Source: Tilletiaria anomala UBC 951 (taxonomy: Eukaryota). From it: a DNA stretch of 64,000 nt. The position numbers and the translations under genes are program-made. A model generated the notes under the pieces. The model saw only the letters and a program-made list of their open reading frames with translations, did not search any database and was not told the DNA's origin. Shown one piece after another: positions 1-11,552 of this stretch (position 1 is the first letter of the stretch; the number at the start of each line of letters is the position of its first letter). Where the stretch lies: positions 310,001-374,000 of the forward strand of contig NW_013547021.1 in assembly GCF_000711695.1 (NCBI RefSeq), read 5' to 3'.

Positions 1-356
1 AGTGACTGACTTGTTTTTTCCCCTTTATGGCGCCGTTCTCTCCGCCGAGCGGCTCCAATAGAATTGCAGCAGTCAAGCACAGCATAGCAGTAGTTGCACG
101 CAAGTCATGGATAGAAACGTTAGTGAAGTGGCAGGGTGGTGGTCCCAATCTATCACAGCTGTTGGTGTAAAGCAGAGACTTTGGTGCCTTCTCTCCTCCG
201 ATTGTGCGATTCGCATGCCCCTGCTAGGAAGAGGTGCGCGCATTGACAACCAATGCCAGTCCACCAAAATCCCTACATGGTGGAACAAGCTCTTTCTAAT
301 GACTCTCCAAAGGCAAATATCCAAGAGCAAGGCGCATGTATCTCTCGTGTGGACCC

Positions 357-2314
357 TCACGCTTGGGCTGCGACCTCAGGTGCAGTACCTGGTGCTGGTG
401 CAGCACGTCGTGTGAATTTGATGCGCGCGCCATCTTGCGGCTGTGGACAGGAAGGTGGGGCAAAAAGAATGGAAGTAGCTGCTTCAGTTCTGCTCCTGGT
501 GCGTGTCGGGAAAATCTTACTCTCTGAAGCACACTCACGAAAATAGTCGCGATGACCTTCACCTTCTCGCTGAAGTCGGTGACTTCATGCTCCCAGTTCA
601 TGCGCACAGACGCGGTACCGAGCACAGCAGCAAGGTGCAGCTGTGCATAATTATGCCCAATGCAGTTGTGCGGACCAGAGCCAAAGACAAGGTAGTTCTT
701 CGGGTTCTTCTCCGCCGGGCTCTCTGGACCCTCCAGCCAGCGCTCCGGTTTGAGTTGCTCTGGATCCGGATAGGCGGTCGGGTCATGCAGGCTGTTCCAG
801 AAGGACGGGATGACCATCGTGCCCTTGGGCGCGGTGTAGTTCTTGTCGATCGGGAACGCCTTGTGGGTGAGGTAGGGAACCATGATCACCGGCGGTTTGA
901 GGCGCAAGCTCTCCTTGACCACCATGCGCGTGTACGGCATCGCGTCGAGCATGTCGAGCGTGAGCGGCGCGTAGATGTCGTCTCCACGCACGCGGTACTG
1001 CTCTTCGCGCACCTTGCGGAGGATGTCGGGCCGATCCGCAACGTGCTGGAAGAGGTACGTGAGGCCACTGGACATTGCATCTTGGGAGGCGAAAAGGAAG
1101 CTGAGGATGACCATTGCGATCTCCCTGTCCGAGAAGTCGCGCACCAGCACCCTCCGCGTCTCGGCCTCCAGATCGGCATTCTCCTTCTGTTCCCGTGCGT
1201 CAAGCATAGCCTTGACCCAGGCGTCTGTCAAGCACATCACCTCTCCGCCCTCGGCCATGCGCTTCTTGCTCTCGCGAGCCGTGTGCTCGAACCATCTCAT
1301 CGTCGTCTTGCGCGCCTTGATAGCATTGTACACCTTGGTCCCGGGCAAGGCAAATGGGAAGTTGACGAGCTCAAGGGCGACAGTGATGAGCCAGTAGTTA
1401 TCCGAGATCTGCTTGGCACCTTCGGGGGAGATGTAGTTGCCGCAGAACACGCGCAAAGAGGTCTCCATGTTCAGGTCGCGAAATTGCATCATATATGGCT
1501 GCGGATTGGGGTTTGGGTCATCCATCCACTCTTGGAAATACCGTTTGTAGATATCCTCCTGAATAGGCAGGTAGATGCTTAAAGCCTTGCGTGTAAAGAG
1601 GGTGTTGAGACCCTTACGGTAATCGACGTGTACTTTGCCATTGAGGAAGACCCTGAAAGAATATTTGTGATTGAGCCGTCAGCCACATACCTCAACTGTG
1701 CAGCGCCACCAGTCGTCGACATACCAGTTGTCAGGGCACAAAACCTTCTTGGCCGATGCGACGAGGCATGGCTCGGCATAGGTCGGGCTATTGAGGATCT
1801 TTCGGGTGTGCTCGTTCGATGAAGCGACAACGATGAATCTGTTGGAAGCCAGAAATCGTGCAGTCAGGAAAATCACGCAAGAAGCAGGTCCACACCGCGA
1901 GGTGCTTCCGATAAGCCATTCAGTATAGACGCACATATTGAAGACAGAAGCCACGCTGAGTGGACCAGAGTTCCAGCCCTTCATATAGTTTTCGAGGGTG
2001 GGGTGAAGAGAGTCCATGAATTGGCCAATCACGGGAATGGTCCATGTCGGTCCAGGTAAATGAGCCTTCTTAGATCGGTAGTTGGCTTGTTCCAGTATGA
2101 GGATGGTGGCAACGATGCTGAGCACCGTGAATGCGATCATAGTCCAGCTTGAGCCTTTGAGGGAAGGCAGGCGAAGGTAATCCACGAGGGCGAAGATTTT
2201 GTGCATGTCATCTTCGAGTGCCGTGGCTGAGGGCTGGTAGAGCCCGAGCGGTTTGGAAATGAAAGAAGGTAGAGCGCCCGAGGCGGACTGCCTCAACGAT
2301 TGCAAGGAGGACAT
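357..2314 (-). CDS. ERG5: Sterol C-22 desaturase, cytochrome P450 CYP61 (4 exons: 2314-1935, 1838-1725, 1652-539, 440-357; ~563 aa)
   Basis: Spliced model stays in frame across three GT-AG introns. N-terminal TM anchor, CYP61-typical I-helix FLFASQDAMSS, ExxR (KESLR), PERW, heme motif FGSGPHNCIG and C-terminal ATIFPQDG. Confidence 0.95.
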
Positions 2315-4456
2315 CTCTCAACGTTCTGTGCTCAGCTCGGATGGCCAGTGCCTAAGCTAAGTTGGGTTGGCGGTGGGGTCGCAGCTGACGGTGCGCTCTG
2401 CGCCACGTTCTACTGCAACAACGGTTGCGTGTGGCAGCCGCAGCAAGCAAGATGTAGTAAGCGTGTGCAAGGAAAGGCGTGTAGCAGGAAAGGCGTGTCG
2501 CAGGAAAGGCAAAAGACAAAGTCGAGGTATCGGCAGCGACATCCGCAATGAATGTTGCAAAAGAAGAGTGATCAGCCCGGTCAATCTGGAACTGCAATCT
2601 GAGCTGACTTGTGCGCTGTGTGGTTTTTGGAAGATTTGATTTTGTCTGAGCGCCTCATCAATTTTTCTGCCACCTGTCAAGTCCGCACCACATGTACGGG
2701 GCCGGCTCGAGCGCGCAGATGACTACATACGTAAAAGACATCGCAATAGACTCAGAACTCCCCGATTTGCCCTCAGTCTGTCGCCTATCTGCGCCGTATT
2801 TTCTTTTACCTGATTCCTGGGGAAACAATGAATAAATGGCCACTACCACTCGCAGTGCTACCTGACGCCAGGCCGAAACCTGTCCTAAGATCTGCCCTGT
2901 TGAGTGATGAGCGTACATATCTTACTCCATGTTATTATGTGGGATGAAAGCCAGCTCCACGCCTGATGGGTGACGAGAAGACCATCAGGCTGCATCAGGC
3001 ATCACTTTGGGCTCTCTAGTGTACATACATGAGGATAGCTGTCTGTCAGAAGACATTTGGCGCAAACGCCAAATGGTTAGGCAGACGAGACCTCCCGCTT
3101 CCCAAACTCACCAAGTCTCGCTTGTATCCGATCTCGGTGGAATTTCGGGTTCATGCTCAGATTCCCCCGCAAGTCACGCGCTTTTTGTTGCCCAACAAGA
3201 GGATCTGGACTAGCTTGCCAGCTGCGTTCGCTTCCTCTGCCCATCTGCCTCCAAGCGTGTGCCACATCAACCACCAGCGCTCGTGGGATTTGCTTTTATT
3301 CCAGACGCCCGAGTACACCTGACGCTTGACAGGCGAGAGCAGTGCGAACTGCGAGTGATGAGGCCGCACATACTGACACAGTCATCTCTCACCGCTAGCC
3401 GCTGGCGCCAATTGAGCTTGATAGGCAAGCGATCGCGCGCCGGAAGTCATCCTGAGTGTTATAGTCTTGCGATCGGCGAGGCTGTCTGTTCCAACGCTGT
3501 GCTGCCCGACAGAGAGAAGGCTATCCAGAACGCCTGCGATGACAAGTGAGCCGAAGGATTTTGGCGGACAGGTGACAAGCGCGACAGTTTGCGTATTGCA
3601 CACCGTGGAATGGAAACCCCGCCACTGCGTCGACGGTGTGATCCCACGGCGCGCGACGGTCCCTGCATTGTCCAAGCCATCCACTTCGACCGGCATTACG
3701 GTTGACGTGCCATGAGCATCTTGACTCCTCATGTTTGCGCACCAGCGACAGGCTGGTGCTGTTGATGCTGCCCTCGCCGATGGCGTGAGGGGAAGACGAT
3801 GCTGTACTTTATGCAACTCCGCTGCGGATTGGCTGGGGAGATGCGAGTCACAAAGCTTCCCTCGTGCTTGACGTTGCTGTGGAGGAGGACGCTATGAGTA
3901 CTCGGCGTAAGCTACAATCAGAGGTAACCACCCTCTTCCTCGTCGTTGTTGAGATCACCTGCAGCACACCAACAGGTAATGTGACCCTAACATCATCAAC
4001 GACGGCAGCATGGCCACAGGCTACTGGCTATGGTCCTGTTTCAACCCCCGTTCCCCAAAAGGAAAGCCACGCTCGCCTACGGCGATCTTTTGTGCAGGCT
4101 TGCGGGTGTCCTTTTTGGCTCAATGCGGATCAGTCATGTGCAACATTGCAGCAAGGCTAAATGGATTTGCCTGTTTGCTGTTAGTGTACAAATGGTGTAC
4201 GTTTCTTTCTTCTCCACCTTCTTTTCGCTCTCGACTTCTACGTTCTTCTCTCTGTTTCGACAAGTTGGTGTGAGTATAGGTGTGTGTGCGAATAAATGAA
4301 TGGATGTGGATGGTGCATCGACAGGCTGGAACAGTAGATAGAACTGGCCGATGCGCAGAGTCGAATCAGACAGGGATGGAAAAGAATGGATACGAGAAAG
4401 AATCGTCGCAATGCGAAAGAAAGAGTAGGAAGCTGAGTCACTATGGCAGTCCACTC

Positions 4457-7400
4457 TTAGCTTTTGCCACTGCGGAAGAACTTGGAAAAGACCTTGCCGC
4501 CGGTGGCGCTGCCGCCTGCTCCCTTGCTATCCGCAGCGTTCGAGTTCGAGTTAGATGCTCGGCTGGGCGGAGCAGGTCGTCCCCCATTCACCATCAGGGA
4601 TCCCGCGGTAACGCTGTGCTGTGCCTTGGCATGGTGAAGCTGCTGTTGACCTGAAGTTGCATCGCTGCTGCTACTCCTCCCGCCACCATTAGCCTCCATC
4701 AGGCTGCCTGAGCCCATGGACGCGTCTTTCCGCAGAGGCAGCGACGACGCCGAGGAGCTGCTGAAGGAGGAACTATTTGAAGTCGATGTTTTCGAGCGTT
4801 GGTCGTTCTGCGGTGTGAGATACTTGGAGGACGAGGGGGAGTCTGACGCCTGGGAGCTGCTGCCGCGGGTGCGAGATTCGTGTCGATGGGTATCTCGCTT
4901 CGAAGACCCGCGATAGGGATCCATCGAATAGTCGCGCTCGCGACCGTGATATGAGTGCTCTTCGCGCAACTCGCGTCGGCGGTGTTGATTGTGATGATGC
5001 GAGCGAGAGGGTCCATCTCGAGAGCCTCCAAAGATCTCCGCCAGATAGCTTGCATCAAGCTCCTTCTTTGCCCTTTCATTAATTGTCTGCAGGCCGGAGC
5101 TGCTCTTACCAAAGAGGCCACGCTGCTGCCGTTGCTGGCGGAACGAATCGTACGATCGGCGAGCGAACGCTGCGGGTGCAGATGCAGTCGAGTATATGCT
5201 GGCGTCATCAGATAACACACTGTTCATCGTGGACACGCTTGCCAATGAAGAAATTGTGACGGTCGACTCATTGAGGTCCCGCCATGATGTCGCATGTGTG
5301 CGGCCATAGTCCTGCAATGGAGGATGCCTTGGCGACCGGGCAGGAGCCAGCTCGTAATCTGCCGAGCCCCTTCCCTGGTGAAGCAACGGCTCTGCACTTG
5401 GCCCCTGACCCAGTCGCATCTGCGGTCGCTGCGGCAGACTTGCAACTTTCACGTCGACGGCACGTTTCTCCTGTGTTGCCTTGCTGATCTCACGCGCAAG
5501 ATTCTGGGAAGCCTCCGCGAGGTCCATGAGCAAGTCATCGTGGCTCAGACCGTTCGGTTCTCGCTTGTACTCGCGAACTTTGTCAGAGAGTTGCTCAAGG
5601 GAGGGTGCGCTCCTCACAGCTTCCACTCGTGGCGAACCTTGGATGGAGGGCGTCTGCTGTTTGCTTGTGGACCGTCCCTTTCGAGCTCCACGCTTGCGCC
5701 GTCGGCCTTGCGATGCAGGTTTGTTCAAACCGTGATCTTGCTCGTGCTCGTGCTCATCATCGGATGACTCTGCATCATCTCGCGTGTCCGAACGCCCGCG
5801 ACCAGGGAAATGCGACTCGATAGGCGACGACTTAACAGAGCTTGAGCCTGTGCCGCCAGGGTTGAGTGGCCCACCATCTTGAGTGCCAATCAGAACCTCG
5901 ACGATCTCCTCATCCTCCGCCGACGAGTCATGCGGCTCGTCCAATTTCGCAGGCAGCGTCCAGCCTGGTTCAGCGCTGTTTGGCTCGAGCGGTGGCGAGA
6001 CCAAGGAATGGACCATTATCATGCTCGAAGAAGCCGAAAGCAGAGAAGAATGAGATCGCGAGTGGTGCAATTGGTTGGTGATGCCCATGGATGCCCCACG
6101 CGAGGGTGTCGAGGAGCAAGTGCTATCCACCAAGCCCATGTGCTCATTGAGGTCAGCAGCCCATGCACCGAACTCGGCGGCTGTGGCCCGTTGTGATATC
6201 TGCACGTCGCAAAAGATGCGCTGTACCAGGAAGGTAGCCGCCCGTTCGGTGAGCCCGTCGAATGCTTCCCGCAGGAAGCGAACTGGCTCTTCTCGAAAAG
6301 CTGCAAATGAAGGGCATCGATCTACCGCTGGTTCCCTGAAGGGGTTGCGGTGGAAGAGCATGTTGAGCAGGACAATCCCGAGGGACCAAACATCCGCCAT
6401 CTTGGGATCGTATGTCGCCTCGACATCGTTGCGACATTCTGAGCACGCAAGAGCGACACGGGTCAGGATGATGAGCATCGAGCGCGTTTGTCAGCTTGCA
6501 ACGACTCACCGTACGACATGTAGGGCTTGCTGCCACATTCAAAGTCATCACACCGCTCCTCTGCCGTTGCCAGGCCAAAGTCAGTGAGCTTTACCTTGAC
6601 TTTGCCATCGCTGTTACGAATGCTGTGATTGAGCGAGACGGACGAAGACAAGTTATTGTTCGCATCGCGCAGCGGACTGCCCCAGCGCATGTCCTCGACG
6701 ATGAAGTTCTCCGGCTTGAGATCACGATGGCTGATACCGCGGTCATGGCAGAACTGCACAGCGCTGCACATTTGCTGGAACATGCGGCTGATGAGCCGAA
6801 GCCTGCGTCGAGAGAGGATGGAAACGCCTGCGGTTGTTGCGAGCAGAGACGGATCCGGCGGCGTCGAGTCCGTCACCGTTGCTGTGTTGGGCTCTGGTTC
6901 TAAGTCAGTCACGGAGAAGCTCGCGACGCTACTGTTGCTGCTGCTGCTGCTGCTCGTGTGCATCTCGTCCTGAGCCTGTTCGAGCCAGAAAAAGAGGTCT
7001 TGGCCGGGGCAGTACTCGAGGACAAGGAACAGCCAGTCTGGCGTCTCGTACGTTCGGTAGAGAGTGACAATATTCGGATGGGCAGGGATGGATTGGTGGA
7101 CCGTTGACTCCAGTCGCTGCACCTCGAGCATCTCGGGGGACAGATCGCGCTTGCAGAGACACTTGAGGGCGAACTCCCTGCCGCGTCTCGCCTCGGTCTG
7201 CTCCTGCGCTCGTCGCGATGCCAAGGGACTCTCGTCCGCCTTGAGCGTCGAGCCGAATACCCCCTCGGTGAGCGTCACATCACCGGTCTCGCCACCTCCG
7301 CCGCCAGCCGAGTGAAATGATGGCAGTCGCGAGATGGGAGCAGCGATAGGCGTAGAACTGAGGGGAGCTGAAGAAGCACCCTCGTTGTCGTCTGACGCCG

Positions 7401-9399
7401 GGGCAGTGGCAGAGGCATCGACCAGTGCGTCTGCGATCAGCAAGCTACTTGCCCGCCCGCGCTGGCTTCCGTCCTGATCATCGTCGAACACCTCCTTGAC
7501 CAGGTAAACGCAAGCATAGCTTCCTTCCCCTAGCTTGCCGACCACCTCCAACTTGCTTCCCGTCAGGTCCCCTTCCTGCTCATCAAACCCGGAGGATGTC
7601 TGCGCAATGGTGATAATGTGTCCGTCATGATTCATACCGGGACCCAAGCGATCTCCAATTTCGAAGATATCCACGACACCTTCGCCTCCTCCATATCCGC
7701 TAGCCGTGCTGTTCCTCCGGCTCATAATATAAGAATCCGTTAAGCTTGATCGCATCATGTCCTCCGCCGAGAGCTCAATGTCGTCTTTGTCGCTGTTGCT
7801 ATTCCCAACAGAGAACGTCTTATAGAACGACGGCCGCGCACCCCAGTCGGCTGTGCCAGCATTCGGGTAGAGCGCTTGCTGCGCCGCAGAATTGATCTGT
7901 GCCTCGAGCTCGTCCGCATAGCGCGAGCTGGCCAGCGAGCTGAGAGTCATCGTCCGGTTGAGCGGGGGGATGGTGGATGACGGCATCTGCGAGTTGAGGT
8001 GCCTGGCGACGGCCTCGGCCGTCAGCGCGGATGGCCCTGTGGGCGACCACGTTGAGGTCGAGAGCTTTTCACTACCCTGACGCGATGGCGGCCGATGCAC
8101 CCCAGGGGCGGCAGTAGAAGCAGCGTGAGGAGAGTTGCCGACGTCATCGTCCTCGTCCTCGGCGATGGGCACCGTGCTGGGCCCTCGACTTCCGCTGATC
8201 GATGAGCGATGCGTAGAGGCGATAGAGGGCTCTCGTGGACGCGTCTGTCCGCGCAAAGAAGGTGTGCGCACTCGGTCGTAGTGTGCAATAGGCGATTTCA
8301 GCCCGTGACCGCTATTGCGATGCCGAAGATGCGGTGGGCGGTAGATACCCGGGTGAAAAGGCGCAGACAGGTTCGACTGAACGGGCGCAGGAGTTGGCGA
8401 TTCCGTTCGGGAGACGAAGGATCCACGACGTGAATGCTGGAGGAACTGCGTCGTGGAGCTAGAAGAGGAGGCGCCGTTGTTCAGTTGAACGAATGAACTC
8501 CGCCGCGATGAGCCGTTGCTTGATGCGCCCGCAGTGATCATCTGTCCTAATGAGGTTGCTTGCCCCTCCGTAACGTCTGCAAGCGGGCTGAGAGCTCGCT
8601 TGCCCATGTGCGGAGAGCTAAGCGGGCTGAGCGAAGACCCAGTCGTCTGTCGAGAATGTGCGCTCGAGATGGCCTGCATGTAATACTTACCTGCAGGGCT
8701 CGACGAATTGAGCGACTGCAGATGAGAGGAAAAGGATGGGGACGCTGCCGGACGTTGTTCTAGCAAGCTGCTGGTGAGTGCTGAGCGTAGGCGAGGGCTC
8801 GATGAATGCGCCGAAGAACCGGCGGCGGAAGAATGGATCGAGCGTGGGCTACCACCGGTAGCAACGGCCTGCTCCGGCCAGAAGCTCGCATGCGGGAGAT
8901 GGAAGGGCGTCGTTGGGATGGATGGATTCGCATTACTCAGAGCCGAGCTTGGCAGCGGGGATCCTTCGCCGCTGCTTCCTCCTCGAGACCGCGCGGCTGC
9001 ACCGCTCAGTGTCAGCGGCTGCAGCTGCACGGCTGGACCATTCTGCGCGCCGGCGGCTGCGCTGGCACCCCTCTCTATGCCATGCCTTCCGTGGGTTGCT
9101 TGATCCAAGCTGACCTGCGCGATTTGTGCTTCCAACCTCTGCATGCGAGCTTTGGCATACGGGCTGAGATCTTCGTGATCCATGAATGCTAATGACCGTA
9201 GGGACGATCCCAGTTCCCTGTCAATCCTCCTGGGCCCAGGCGAAGGCGGCCTGCATCCTCTGTTGCTGCCGCCTTCCACGCTGGACACCCCAACTTGGCC
9301 CCTTCGCGCCCAGTACGCCTCTGTGCTGTTGTCGATCAGGACACTGCGCGAGCCACCGTTGTATCTGGAAGAGTCGGGCCTATCTGAGGAGCGTTGCAT
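4457..9399 (-). CDS. Ser/Thr protein kinase of the Ran1/Pat1-Ksp1-like group with long disordered N- and C-terminal regions (intron 6439-6509; ~1620 aa)
   Basis: Motifs GEGSYACV, FALKC, HPNIVTL, HRDLKPEN, DFG, CGSKPYMSY|ECRN across the intron, and DVWSLGIVLLNMLF. First in-frame ATG is at 9399; the ORF track start at 9480 is GTG, and an upstream exon cannot be excluded. Confidence 0.88.
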
Positions 9400-11552
9400 G
9401 TCTTGACTGGAAGCTGAGTGTGTCGACTGAAGACAATCGAATGGCAGAGCAAGAAGCTGCCGCCCTTGTGGGGATTCCACGCTACAAGTGATTAGAGCCG
9501 GTCATTTCCGCATGGTAGGCTGCCAATGCAACAAAAATTGGATGCAAGGAATGGATGTGAAGGCGCCTGCTACAGCCCTCGAAACGAACAGAGCGACGAC
9601 TCGGCGTCAGTAAGCGCTCGGGACCAGTTAGGATCACCCATAAGGGTACATACACACCGAATTGGGAATGATCGCAGCGTCTGCGTACGACAAAGGCTTG
9701 TCCGGCGGCGTGGACCAGAGAGCCGCACAAACGATGAAGGAGACGAGAGCCGAAAGAGAGTGCTCAGGATGGCCAAACAAATGTGGTTCGACGGGGCAAA
9801 AAGGACTGCGCAGCAGGCAAGAGGATTTTTAAGGTGCCGAGGAGAGAAATATGTGCTGCGACAAGTGTAACTCGATGCAGGCTTGCTTGGCGCTGTGCTT
9901 GTTGGTCCTTTGAGGAATAGTCCGATGGTGGTGTGGTGGTAATGAGTTCTTTTTCCACCACGAACAGGTTGTCAACCCCGCCTACAGATCATTCCATGGC
10001 CAGCACGTCCCTGATCCCATCAACAATGGGCAGCCTGTCCCCAGCAGGCAGCATGTGATGGTGATACAGCATAGAAAGCAGCGGACTGCTGGCTGTGGAT
10101 TGACCGAGAAGATGGTGGAACGAAAGCGTGTGCTGCTCCGTGTTCGCTTTGCTCCAGTTGCTGCCTCTGCGCAGTACAATCACTCCAAATTGCATATTCA
10201 CCAGAAATCGTGAATCGCAGCGCGAACTGCACTGTGGGGCTGTGCCCCACTCCCAGATCTCCCGCATGCAGCAACAGCGACAAGTCTGCGATGCACTGCA
10301 CGTGTGCTCGTGTGGGGGGAGGGGGGCAGAGTAGAAAATGGCGAAAAGCAGTCCAAAAAGGCGCCAAGGGCCGCGCGACGAGACGTATGGCCGGCCGACC
10401 AACGTGGTTGTGCCTTTGCCAAAGAGTATTCGCTTGCAGTCACCGCGTGGTTCGCCAATTTTGATCTGCTACTTGGTCGGGAAACCAAGTCGGCGGGCTC
10501 CACGCTGGTCCATCCACAGGTGCCACAATCCATACACGGACATATCGAAACGGCTGTCGAAGGGTGTCGGCGCAAACGCCAATGAAACTTGGTCCGTTGG
10601 CTTCTATTTTCTGCCTCACATCTCTTCTATTTCCTGACATACGGCCAGCGGCCCGGTGCCTTTCTAGCAGCGGCTAGTGAAGCAGAGCGTGTGGGCCTGG
10701 CCATTCTCGCTGACCGACTCCGAACTCTGTTGCTAGGCTGCGTCTGCCACTGCTGCGTACGCTGGCTGCCCTAGTGGACCAGCCGTCCGGTCACAGGGCC
10801 CTGCCTGCCCCTGCTCATCATAGTGCTCATGCGCTCACTGCTGATGCCTTTTTGTTGTTTGGTCATTAAAGTGTATTTGCCTGTTTGGTCATCCGGTGAA
10901 TACATACTTTTGACACTGCTCTCCCAGCTTCTCGCACCTTTTGTAGTGCATCGAGAAAACGAAGTACCCGAAGAGACGATCTCGCACCCTGGCGTAAGCT
11001 GCTAGAACCTGTCCATGTAGATCAGAACCTATGAAGTTGTGTGGCATTGCCTGCCCACCTGTCGTGCGCAGAGCACAACTGAGGGACCAATCTGTTTTCC
11101 CTCTTGAAAGGCAGCATGGACGCCAGCTATGTAGAAGTGATCGTGATGAAAGCTTTCAGCAAGCCTCGTTGATACTTGGCAAGCGTTTGCAACCGAGGAA
11201 ACGAGAAGGGCCACATCCTGCGCAATCCCAGAACAGAGAGGAGGTCCGGATGAACTATGAATGATACGCGGGATTTGATGTCTCCAAGTACACGGGGGAC
11301 GGAAGTACGTTCGCATATTTGCAAAGCGAACGCGAGATAAAGGACGAAGATCCAAGCATGGAAGGACCGAGCGTTGCGGGTGCATTCCATCAGAGTGTAG
11401 ATTGATGTGGATGTGCATGTCAATGTTGTGGCCCTACTAAAGGCAGTAATATTGATGAGCAAGAGGGCGATGAGTTGAAGCGAAGCGAAGTCATATTGCG
11501 ACGGAAGGCTGTATTGCCCCTTCCACAGGCGGCCGCTGCTAGGCGGTGTGAA

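Noticed and set aside
503..1582. 359-aa ORF antisense to ERG5, with similar long antisense ORFs over the HAM1-like gene, GPM1, ATG6, RNR2 and the permease
   Set aside because: Shadow ORFs caused by GC3-rich codon usage on the opposite strand; no recognisable motifs.
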